A stretch of DNA of 64,000 nucleotides from an uncultured Candidatus Rokubacteria bacterium (lineage in GTDB: Bacteria; Methylomirabilota; Methylomirabilia; Rokubacteriales; DASRDR01): NCBI GenBank assembly GCA_963826115.1, contig CAWGVS010000007.1, positions 32,001 to 96,000 of the forward strand, in the 5' to 3' direction. Of the stretch, positions 54,824 through 64,000 are shown piece by piece. Both the position numbers and the translations under genes were made by a program. The notes below the pieces were generated by a model. The model worked only from the letters and a program-made list of their open reading frames with translations. It was not told the DNA's origin and searched no databases. How positions within the stretch are numbered: the stretch's first letter is position 1; every line of letters begins with the position of its first letter.

Positions 54824-56527
54824 TCAGTCGGCGAACGTCACGCGGAGAACCTCGTCGATCGTGGTCAGGCCGTTGGCGACCTTCCGGAGCCCGGTCTGGC
54901 GCAGGGTCCGCATCCCGGCCTTCACCGCGATGTCCTTGAGCTCGTTGGCCGGCCGCTGCCGCACGATCGCCTCCTGGAGCTCCGGGAGCATCCACATGAT
55001 CTCGTGGACGGAGATCCGGCCCTTGTACCCGGTATTCGCGCAGGTCGCGCAGCCCTTGCCCGCGTAGACGCGCACCCCCTCGGCCTCCTCGGGGCGGAAG
55101 CCGACGTCGATCAGGGCGGACACCGGCACCTGCACGGGCTCGCGGCACTCGAGGCAGATCCGACGCACGAGGCGCTGAGCGATCACCAGGAGCAACGACG
55201 AGGAGATCAGGAACGGCGGAATGCCCATGTCCTGGAGACGGGTCACGGTGCTCGGCGCGTCGTTGGTGTGGAGCGTCGAGAACACGAGGTGGCCGGTCAG
55301 GGCCGCACGGATCGCGATCTGCGCCGTCTCGAGGTCGCGCATCTCGCCGACCAGGACGACGTCGGGGTCCTGCCGCAGGAAGGCGCGCAGGGCCGCGGAG
55401 AACGTGTAGCCGATGTCCTCACGCACGAGCACCTGATTGACCCCGGCGAGGCTGAACTCGACGGGATCCTCGGCCGTGATGATGTTGATGTCGGGGCTGT
55501 TGATGGTCGCGATGGCCGCGTAGAGCGTCGTGCTCTTGCCGCTGCCCGTCGGCCCCGTCACCAGGATCATGCCGTAGGGCGTCGTGATGGTCTTCTTGAA
55601 CCGCACGAGGTCGTCCTCCTCGAACCCGAGGCGGGTGAGGTCGAGGACGACGGCGCCCTTGTCCAGGACGCGCATGACGATCTTCTCGCCGAAGGTCGTG
55701 GGCAGGGACGAGACGCGCAGGTCGATCTCGCGGTTCTGGAACTTCACCGAGAGCCGGCCGTCCTGGGGGAGGCGCCGCTCCGCGATGTCGAGGTTCGACA
55801 TGATCTTGACGCGCGACAGGATGGCCGCCTCCATCTGCTTGGGCGGGTTCATCATGTCGTGCAGCACGCCGTCGATGCGGTACCGCACCCGGAAGACCTT
55901 CTCGTACGGCTCCAGGTGGATGTCCGACGCGCGCTTCCGGATGGCGTCGGCGATGATCAGGTTGACGAAACGGATCGTCGGGGCTTCTTCCGCCTCGCGC
56001 CCGAGCTCCGCGATGTCGACCTTCATGCCCTTGTCGACCAGCTCGAGGTTCGTGTCGATGCCCGTCGACTCCTGGTCGATCAGCTTCTTGATGTCGTCGA
56101 CGCCCGAGCTGTAGTTGTGGTCGATCGCCGCCCGGATGGCGCTCTCGGCCGCGAGCACCGGAATCACGTGGAGCCCCGTGGCGAACTGCACGTCGTCGAT
56201 CGCGAGGACGACGGTCGGGTCCGAGAGGGCCAGCGTCAGCGTGTTCCCGACCTTGCGGACGGGGAACACCTGGTACTTCTGGACGATCTCCTTGCGCACC
56301 AGGCGCAGGATGTCGGGGTCCACCTCGACCCGGCCCAGGTTGATCACGGGGATGCCGTACTTCCGGCTGAGGAAGTCGAGCAGCTCGTCCTCGGGGATGA
56401 ACCCGAGCCGCGTGAGGACCGTGGCGAGCCGCTCGCCCGAGCGGCGCTGGTCGGCGATGGCCTTGCCGGCCTGGTCCTGGGTGAGGAGGTTCTCCTTGAC
56501 GAGCAGCTCGAGCAGGCGCGGATTCAC
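54824..56527 (-). CDS. pilB: Extension ATPase PilB
   Basis: ASDIHLEP, DIAERRLPQDG, GPTGSGKST, LRQDPD and Zn motif CLEC..CATC. Confidence 0.96.
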   Translation of the reverse strand: MNPRLLELLVKENLLTQDQAGKAIADQRRSGERLATVLTRLGFIPEDELLDFLSRKYGIPVINLGRVEVDPDILRLVRKEIVQKYQVFPVRKVGNTLTLALSDPTVVLAIDDVQFATGLHVIPVLAAESAIRAAIDHNYSSGVDDIKKLIDQESTGIDTNLELVDKGMKVDIAELGREAEEAPTIRFVNLIIADAIRKRASDIHLEPYEKVFRVRYRIDGVLHDMMNPPKQMEAAILSRVKIMSNLDIAERRLPQDGRLSVKFQNREIDLRVSSLPTTFGEKIVMRVLDKGAVVLDLTRLGFEEDDLVRFKKTITTPYGMILVTGPTGSGKSTTLYAAIATINSPDINIITAEDPVEFSLAGVNQVLVREDIGYTFSAALRAFLRQDPDVVLVGEMRDLETAQIAIRAALTGHLVFSTLHTNDAPSTVTRLQDMGIPPFLISSSLLLVIAQRLVRRICLECREPVQVPVSALIDVGFRPEEAEGVRVYAGKGCATCANTGYKGRISVHEIMWMLPELQEAIVRQRPANELKDIAVKAGMRTLRQTGLRKVANGLTTIDEVLRVTFAD

Positions 56528-56555
56528 GGCCGGGCGACCTCCTCGGCGAGCCCGG

Positions 56556-56933
56556 TCACGTCCGCGCCTTCGGCGACGCGCCCAGCGTCTCGTTCACGAG
56601 TTCAAGGAAGCGATCCAGGCCCGACCCCTTCTCGAAGAAGGAGACGGCCTTGTGGTGAGCGACCTTTTTGGCAAGGGAATCGCCGACGAGGCCGGTGATC
56701 AGGATCACGGGCAGCTCTCCGCTCGTCCGGCGGATGGCGTCCAGAACGACCAAGCCGTCCATGTCGGGCATCATGATGTCGATCACCGCCAGCTCGGGCG
56801 GAGACTCCTCGAACCGCCGGAGCGCCTCCTGACCGGAGGTCGCCCGGATCACTTGATGGCCCTCGAGTGTCAGGATGTCATCCAGGACATCCAGGACAGC
56901 CGGGGCGTCGTCGGCAACGAGGATGCGTGCCAT
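56556..56933 (-). CDS. Single-domain response regulator
   Basis: ILVADD, IDIMMPDMDG, ILITG and FEK. Confidence 0.9.
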   Translation of the reverse strand: MARILVADDAPAVLDVLDDILTLEGHQVIRATSGQEALRRFEESPPELAVIDIMMPDMDGLVVLDAIRRTSGELPVILITGLVGDSLAKKVAHHKAVSFFEKGSGLDRFLELVNETLGASPKART

Positions 56934-57009
56934 CTCAGGTTCGGCCGGGTGAATTTTGGCAGCCTCGCGGCCAGAACAGGCAAATGTTTGTCATCGGCGA
57001 ACAGTAAGG

Positions 57010-57025
57010 AGCAAAGGCCGTACCA
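57010..57025 (-). promoter_or_regulatory. sigma54 promoter of the RR-pilB-pilT-pilC-pilS-pilR operon
   Basis: TGGTAC-GGCCT-TTGCT with exact GG-N10-GC spacing. Confidence 0.75.
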
Positions 57026-57049
57026 GTGACGACTGGGGCGTCAGCCGGG

Positions 57050-57595
57050 TCAGCTCGCTCGCCGGGCGCTCGTCAGGCCCAAGAGAGACCCAAACGCGTG
57101 ATAAGCATCGTCCTGGAACAGTACCAGAAGAATGCGCCGGAGGCTCGATTCCTTCGCCTCGGCGAAGTGGGCCCGCACGGCCCCGATCATCGCGACCGCG
57201 CAGTCCTTCGGCTCCACCCGGCCGGCCCCGGTCCCGAACGCCGGGAAGGCGACGCTGTGGAGGCGGAGGTCCTCCGCCCGGCGGAGGGAACTCAGCGTGG
57301 CCTGCCGCACCAGGTCCGCGTTCGACCGCTGGTCGGGCCCCATGATCGCGGCGTGGATGACGTAGTTCGCGGGAAGGTTCCCCGCGGTGGTGACCACGGC
57401 CTCGCCGCCCTCCACGGGTCCCTGCCGCATCGCTTCCTCCTCGACGATCAAGCCCCCCTTGCGCTTGATCGTCGACGCGACGCCCGTGCTCATGGAGAAC
57501 TCGCTGTTGGCGGCGTTGACGATGGCATCGACCTCGCACTCGGTGATGTCACCGCGCTCGAGGTAGATGTCAGCTGGGCCCACCCGAACCTTCAT
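57050..57595 (-). CDS. Macro-domain (ADP-ribose-binding) protein
   Basis: GDIT, DAIVNAAN, GEAVVTTAGNL, VIHA and VAFPAFGTG. Confidence 0.9.
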   Translation of the reverse strand: MKVRVGPADIYLERGDITECEVDAIVNAANSEFSMSTGVASTIKRKGGLIVEEEAMRQGPVEGGEAVVTTAGNLPANYVIHAAIMGPDQRSNADLVRQATLSSLRRAEDLRLHSVAFPAFGTGAGRVEPKDCAVAMIGAVRAHFAEAKESSLRRILLVLFQDDAYHAFGSLLGLTSARRAS

Positions 57596-57607
57596 CGCAG
57601 TCTCCCC

Positions 57608-58414
57608 TCACACCTTTCGCTGGACCGGTGGCTCCAGAGACTTTGCGTACGACCAGAGGCGCTCGAGCTCGTCGGCCGACAGGCCGGCCAGGTGGCGGCC
57701 CTCGCCCCGGGCGGCCTCTTCCATGGACGCGAAGCGCCGGCCGAACCGGTCAACGGCCGACTGCAGCGCGCCCTCGGGATCCACGTCCGCCAGCCGGGCC
57801 ACGTTGACGACGGAGAACAAGAGGTCCCCGAGCTCTTCCCGGAGGGCCTCGGCGCCGCCCCGGTCCAGCGCTTCGGCGACCTCGCCCAGCTCCTCCCGGA
57901 CCTTCTCGAGCGCCCCCGTCGCGTCCGGCCAGTCGAAGCCCACGCGGGACGCCTTGTGCTGCACGCGTTGGGCACGATGGAGCGCCGGCAGGGCGCGCGG
58001 CACGCCGGCGAGGGCCGATCGCGATCCCTCGTTCTCCTTGTCCTTGATGGCTTCCCACTGGGCCAGCGCCTCGGCGGCGCTGCCGACGGGGCGGTCGCCG
58101 AAGACGTGGGGATGCCGCCGGGTCATCTTGGCGACGAGCGCCGCGACGAGATCGGCCATCGTGAACTCGCCGCGCTCCCGCGCGATCTCCGCGTGGAAGA
58201 CGACCTGGAAGAGAAGGTCGCCGAGCTCCTCGCGGATGCGGCCGGCGTCGCCGGTCTCGAGGGCGTCGAGAACCTCGTAGGTCTCCTCGACGAGGAAGGG
58301 ACGGAGCGATTCGCGGGTTTGCTCTCGATCCCACGGACACCCGCCTTCGCCGCGCAGGCGGGCCATCATCGTCAGCAACTCGAGGAAACGCTGGCCGGCG
58401 TCGGCGCTCGACAT
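57608..58414 (-). CDS. mazG: Nucleoside triphosphate pyrophosphohydrolase MazG
   Basis: GCPWDREQT, EETYE, EELGDLL (twice), RRHPHVF and GFDW. Confidence 0.95.
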   Translation of the reverse strand: MSSADAGQRFLELLTMMARLRGEGGCPWDREQTRESLRPFLVEETYEVLDALETGDAGRIREELGDLLFQVVFHAEIARERGEFTMADLVAALVAKMTRRHPHVFGDRPVGSAAEALAQWEAIKDKENEGSRSALAGVPRALPALHRAQRVQHKASRVGFDWPDATGALEKVREELGEVAEALDRGGAEALREELGDLLFSVVNVARLADVDPEGALQSAVDRFGRRFASMEEAARGEGRHLAGLSADELERLWSYAKSLEPPVQRKV

Positions 58415-58594
58415 CTGAGGCCCCATCGTGGGCGTTCTGCGGGGTCGATGACGGCTGACCGCCGCAGGGCGCGGCCAGTATAGCACGGGCCTCTCGGGAC
58501 GCTCCGCGCTTGTCCGGGGTAGGTTCGTGTGCTAGCGTCAGTTCGCTTCCGGCGGGCTCGGCCCCGAGCCCCGCACTCGAGGGAGGAGCCATCG

Positions 58595-59062
58595 GTGTCC
58601 GAGCGAGAGCCCGATCCCGGTTTCAGCTTCGTGGATCGCCGCCGGCGTGGCGGCGAGGAGGAGTCCGCCCCGTCCCGACCGGCGCCGACGCCCACCCCCG
58701 TGGTGGAGCCGCCGCGTCCCAAGGCCCCGCCGCCGCCGGCCGCCCCGTCGCCACTGGCCGCGCCGGGACCCGGGGCCGCCTCGGGCGGGCCGGCGGGGGC
58801 GCCGAAGGCCGACCTGACGTCCCTGCTGGTGATGCTCTACGGGGACGCCATGGCCAACATGGGGCAGGCCCCGGACCCGGCGACCGGGCGCCCGCACCTC
58901 GACCTGGAGCAGGCGCGGTTCGTGATCGACCTCCTGGCGATGCTCCAGGACAAGACGCGCGGCAACCGGACGCCGGAGGAGGATGCCGTCATGGAGGAGA
59001 TGCTCGGCGCCCTCCGGATGGGCTTCGTCCGGCTGAGCCAGGCGCGGCGCGGAGGGCGCTGA
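58595..59062 (+). CDS. DUF1844-like protein
   Basis: F.DRRR N-terminus, Pro-rich linker and MGQAPDP.TG...DLEQARFVIDLLAMLQDKTRGNRTPEE; RBS GGAGGAG. Confidence 0.8.
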   Translation: MSEREPDPGFSFVDRRRRGGEEESAPSRPAPTPTPVVEPPRPKAPPPPAAPSPLAAPGPGAASGGPAGAPKADLTSLLVMLYGDAMANMGQAPDPATGRPHLDLEQARFVIDLLAMLQDKTRGNRTPEEDAVMEEMLGALRMGFVRLSQARRGGR

Positions 59063-59069
59063 GAGCTTC

Positions 59070-59723
59070 CTAGCCGGGCGCCCCGTGGCCCGCCCCGCGG
59101 CGCCGCGTATGGATGACGAGGCGCCCGGGCTCGACGTCAACCCGCTCCACGATCCGCGGCATCCGCCAGGTGAGCGCCCGCGGACGCCCACCCATCACGG
59201 TCCAGAGCCACGAGACCGGCACCCACTGCTGGCCGACGGCGGCCGTCTCGGCGAGGAACTCGGCCTGGCCCGTGGCCGACACTGAGATGCGGCCCCGCGC
59301 CGCGACCCAGACCGGATAGTCCGCCAGGGCGCGCGGCGTCAGGCGGGCCATCGTCGATCCCAGCCCCGCCTCGACCAGCCGCCCGAGGGTCGTCAGGCCG
59401 CCCAGTTCCGCGCCGTCCGGATCGATCCGGGCGCGGACCGGCCAGACCGGGGCGTCCCGGACCTCCACATGCTGGGCCAGGAACGCGTTGACCTCGGCGG
59501 CCGAGAGGACCAGGGGGTCCTGGCGTGAACTGAGGCCGGCCTCCCGGAGCAGCAGCTGAGCCACGACGCTCTGGACGTGGATGCTGGCCTGCGGGTCCGG
59601 GGCCGGCGGCGGGCCGTCAGGGAGGGCCAGGGTCCGTCCCAGGAGGGTCATCGCCGCGATCCCGGGCAGGAGGACGGCCAGGACGAGGACGATCCCCCGC
59701 CAGCGGCCCTTACGGCCCCCCAT
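59070..59723 (-). CDS. Membrane-anchored hypothetical protein
   Basis: N-terminal TM helix; LSAAEVNAFL and C-terminal VERVDVEPGRLVI pattern; TATGGT-N6-ATG upstream. Confidence 0.65.
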   Translation of the reverse strand: MGGRKGRWRGIVLVLAVLLPGIAAMTLLGRTLALPDGPPPAPDPQASIHVQSVVAQLLLREAGLSSRQDPLVLSAAEVNAFLAQHVEVRDAPVWPVRARIDPDGAELGGLTTLGRLVEAGLGSTMARLTPRALADYPVWVAARGRISVSATGQAEFLAETAAVGQQWVPVSWLWTVMGGRPRALTWRMPRIVERVDVEPGRLVIHTRRRGAGHGAPG

Positions 59724-59760
59724 GGCGCCACCATACGGGCTCACCGGCAGAGAGGCAACC

Positions 59761-59789
59761 TTGACATGAGTCATATCAGCTTGTATATG
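59761..59789 (+). promoter_or_regulatory. sigma70-type promoter of the hsp20-dnaK operon with possible HspR half-sites
   Basis: TTGACA-N17-TATATG in an AT-rich patch; TGAGT (59767) and ACTCA (59798) resemble HAIR half-sites but lack canonical spacing. Confidence 0.55.
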
Positions 59790-59816
59790 AACTAGAGACT
59801 CAGGTCACTCTGGAGG

Positions 59817-60272
59817 ATGGCTTCCATGGATCGATGGCGGATCGAGCGGTTGGACCCCTTCCGAGAGCTGACGGACATGCAGACGGAGATCAACCGGGCG
59901 TTCGACGCCTACTTCGGGCCTCGGACGGCCGCCCCCGAGCGGACCTGGGCGCCCGCGATCGATGTCTACGAGACCCGCGACGATCTGGTCGTGGCAGTCG
60001 AGTTGTCCGGGGTCCGCGAGAAGGACATCCACCTCTCCATGATGGGCGACGTGCTGAGCCTCCGCGGGCAGCGGGGCACCGCCGCGGACGCGCGCGAGGA
60101 GAACTACCACCGCATCGAGCGATGGTCCGGGCCCTTCGAGCGCCACGTCCAACTGCCGATTCCCGTCCAGGCGGACAAGATCCGGGCCAGTTACCGCGAC
60201 GGCGTTCTCGAGATCCGGCTCCCGAAGCTCCCCGAGGTGCGGCCGCGCGAGATCAAGATCGAGGTCGGCTAG
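59817..60272 (+). CDS. Small heat shock protein (Hsp20/alpha-crystallin family)
   Basis: [36 protein letters not shown] and C-terminal IKI. Confidence 0.93.
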   Translation: MASMDRWRIERLDPFRELTDMQTEINRAFDAYFGPRTAAPERTWAPAIDVYETRDDLVVAVELSGVREKDIHLSMMGDVLSLRGQRGTAADAREENYHRIERWSGPFERHVQLPIPVQADKIRASYRDGVLEIRLPKLPEVRPREIKIEVG

Positions 60273-60330
60273 GAAGGACACCCCGGGCGTCCCGCGGAGG
60301 GCAGCCCGAATTTCAAGGAGACAGCACGCA

Positions 60331-62253
<1,923 letters not shown>

Positions 62254-62286
62254 CACCGGGACGAGGGCGCCGGCGAGGAGCGACGG

Positions 62287-63327
62287 GTGAGCAAGCGCGA
62301 CTACTACGAGGTCCTCGGGGTCTCGCGAGAGGCCCCGGCGCTCGAGATCCGTCGCGCCTACCGGCGCCTCGCCCGGCGCTACTCGCCGGACGTCAACCTC
62401 TGGGACGTGCGCGCGGAGTCGCTGTTCGAGGAGATCCAGGAGGCGTACCGCGTGGTCGGGGATCCGGCCGCGCGGTCCTTCTACGACCGCCTCGGGCACC
62501 AGGCCGTCGCGCCGGGTCGGGACGCGCCCGCCGGCGGGCCGGCGCCGCGCGGCGAGGACATCCACTCCGTGATGGAGCTGGACCTGGAAGAGTCGCTGCG
62601 GGGAGTGCGGGCGGAGATCGAGGTCACGCGACTCGAGCCGTGCGAGGCCTGCCGGGCCTCGGGCGGGGCGGGCAGCCAGGCCGCGTCCCCCTGCGCGGTG
62701 TGCGAGGGCCGGCCGGTACGGGTCGGGATGCACCGGGACCGCCCGGTGACAGCCCGCTGCGCGGCGTGCGGCGGGACGGGCTGGCGGCTGCCGCCGCCCT
62801 GCCCCGCGTGCCAGGGGCGCGGCACGCGACCCCGGCCCGTCCGGATCCCGATCGCGGTCCCGCCCGGCGTGGACACGGGCGCGCAGGTGCGCGTCGTTGG
62901 CGAGGGGCACGCCGCCCCGGCCCCCGGCCGCCGCGGCGACCTGATCGTGATCACGCGGGTCCGGCCGCATCCTTTCTTCACCCGGAAGGGCGATCACCTC
63001 CACTGCGAGGTACCGCTGACGGTGCCGGAGGCGGCGCTCGGGGCGCGGATCCAGATCCCGACGCCCGAGGGTCCGGTGGTCGTGACCATCCCGGCCGGGA
63101 CCCAGGCGGGCCAGACGCTCCGCGTGCGGGGCAAGGGCTGTCCCCGCCTCGGGCGCGAGGGGCGGGGGGATCTCCTCGTGGAGACGCGGGTCCTGATCCC
63201 GCGGAACGCCGATCCCGCGCTCGAGGAGGTGCTGCAGGCCCTCCGCCGCCTCCTGCCGGAGGACCCGCGGGCGGATCTCTGGCGGGCCCAGGACCACCCG
63301 GGGGTGCGGGGCGAGGGGCGCCGGTGA
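62287..63327 (+). CDS. dnaJ: DnaJ-like protein with Zn-finger and C-terminal domains; J-domain has SPD instead of HPD
   Basis: DYYEVLGV..YRRLARRYSPD..FEEIQEAY..YDR, four CxxC motifs, PPGVDTG, GDL and PAGTQ. Confidence 0.85.
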   Translation: MSKRDYYEVLGVSREAPALEIRRAYRRLARRYSPDVNLWDVRAESLFEEIQEAYRVVGDPAARSFYDRLGHQAVAPGRDAPAGGPAPRGEDIHSVMELDLEESLRGVRAEIEVTRLEPCEACRASGGAGSQAASPCAVCEGRPVRVGMHRDRPVTARCAACGGTGWRLPPPCPACQGRGTRPRPVRIPIAVPPGVDTGAQVRVVGEGHAAPAPGRRGDLIVITRVRPHPFFTRKGDHLHCEVPLTVPEAALGARIQIPTPEGPVVVTIPAGTQAGQTLRVRGKGCPRLGREGRGDLLVETRVLIPRNADPALEEVLQALRRLLPEDPRADLWRAQDHPGVRGEGRR

Positions 63328-63710
63328 GCGAGCGGGGGCGGCCGCTCTACCGGATCAGCGTGGTGGCCGAGATGCTCGAGCTCCACCCGCAGACGCTCCG
63401 GCTCTACGAGCGGAAGGGCCTCATCCGGCCGAGCCGCACGACCGGGAGGACGCGGGTGTACTCCGCGGAGGACGTGGAGGACATCCGGCTGATCCTCCGG
63501 CTCGGGCGGGAGCTCGGAGTGAATCTCGCGGGGATCGAGATCATCTTAAAGATGCGCCGCCAGATGCAGGCGATGCAGCAGGAGCTGGAGGCGGTGGCCT
63601 CCCACGTAGGCCGCGAGCCCGGCACCCCCGTCCCGGACGGAGCGGCCGCGGCCCGCGGCGGCTTGGTCCGGGTCGCGGACCGGCAACTTCGCAAACTCGA
63701 TGTCGGCTAG
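63324..63710 (+). CDS. hspR: MerR-family heat-shock repressor HspR
   Basis: YRISVVAEMLELHPQTLRLYERKGLIRPSRT..GVNLAGIEIIL; GTG start overlaps the dnaJ stop. Confidence 0.92.
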   Translation: MSERGRPLYRISVVAEMLELHPQTLRLYERKGLIRPSRTTGRTRVYSAEDVEDIRLILRLGRELGVNLAGIEIILKMRRQMQAMQQELEAVASHVGREPGTPVPDGAAAARGGLVRVADRQLRKLDVG

Positions 63711-63723
63711 GACGGGGGCGAGA

Positions 63724-64000
63724 ATGACACGTTCGCGATCGAGCAAGCGACCCGCCGACGTGCAGGCGGAGCTGAAGGCGCTGCTCCTCCAGAAGCGCGC
63801 CGAGCTCGTGGCCAAGCTGAAGGACGAGCGCGAGGGTCGCATCGAGGCGACGGCGCGGCGCGAGAAGGTCGAGGGCATGCCGTTCGGCGACCGCCCCGCC
63901 CTGTCGCCCGACGACGAGATGGGGTTCGCGGTGGCGGACCGGCGGGCCGGCATGCTGGCCCAGGTCGACCTCGCCCTGAAGAAGATGGAAGAAGGCAGCT
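63724..64000 (+). CDS. DksA/TraR-family protein (truncated by the window end)
   Basis: LKALLLQKRAEL coiled coil...LAQVDLALKKMEEGS, the segment that precedes YG.C in DksA-like proteins; the Zn finger lies outside the window. Confidence 0.7.
   Translation, partial: MTRSRSSKRPADVQAELKALLLQKRAELVAKLKDEREGRIEATARREKVEGMPFGDRPALSPDDEMGFAVADRRAGMLAQVDLALKKMEEGS

Noticed and set aside
59740-59816. Canonical HAIR (CTTGAGT-N7-ACTCAAG) or CIRCE operator
   Set aside because: Only partial half-sites with wrong spacing; no CIRCE match

Overview
Very GC-rich bacterial chromosomal window, mostly encoded on the minus strand. DnaK carries the diderm-type N-terminal insert; gene content suggests a Rokubacteria/Methylomirabilota-like organism (inference only). 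No rRNA, tRNA, CRISPR array or mobile element was seen. Left part (1-23 kb): LivK-like binding protein, PHP phosphatase, pepA, Nudix, lipoyl/octanoyl transferase, gcvT-H-PA-PB, a TMTC-like membrane glycosyltransferase, a liv ABC operon with MaoC and FAD-oxidoreductase genes, and efp-accB-[TPR/metallopeptidase]-accC. Middle and right (24-57 kb): a near-complete type IVa pilus locus with pilMNOPQ-aroB, pilV/W/X, pilD, pilA, pilSR and pilBTC, plus three sigma-54 promoter matches. Embedded in it are (i) a hybrid histidine kinase carrying a ~260-residue V/E/R/P repeat resembling eukaryotic articulin/alveolin repeats, (ii) a putative pilin-modification cassette (GT2, methyltransferase, two GT-C-like paralogues) and (iii) a translationally coupled HEAT-repeat/HD-GYP/PilD/GGDEF c-di-GMP module. 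Right end: macro-domain protein, mazG, DUF1844-like protein and an hsp20-dnaK-dnaJ-hspR-dksA-like operon whose DnaJ has SPD instead of HPD. Four apparent frameshifts are probably sequencing or assembly errors. Start codons were chosen by eye and all family calls rest on motif recognition, not database searches.
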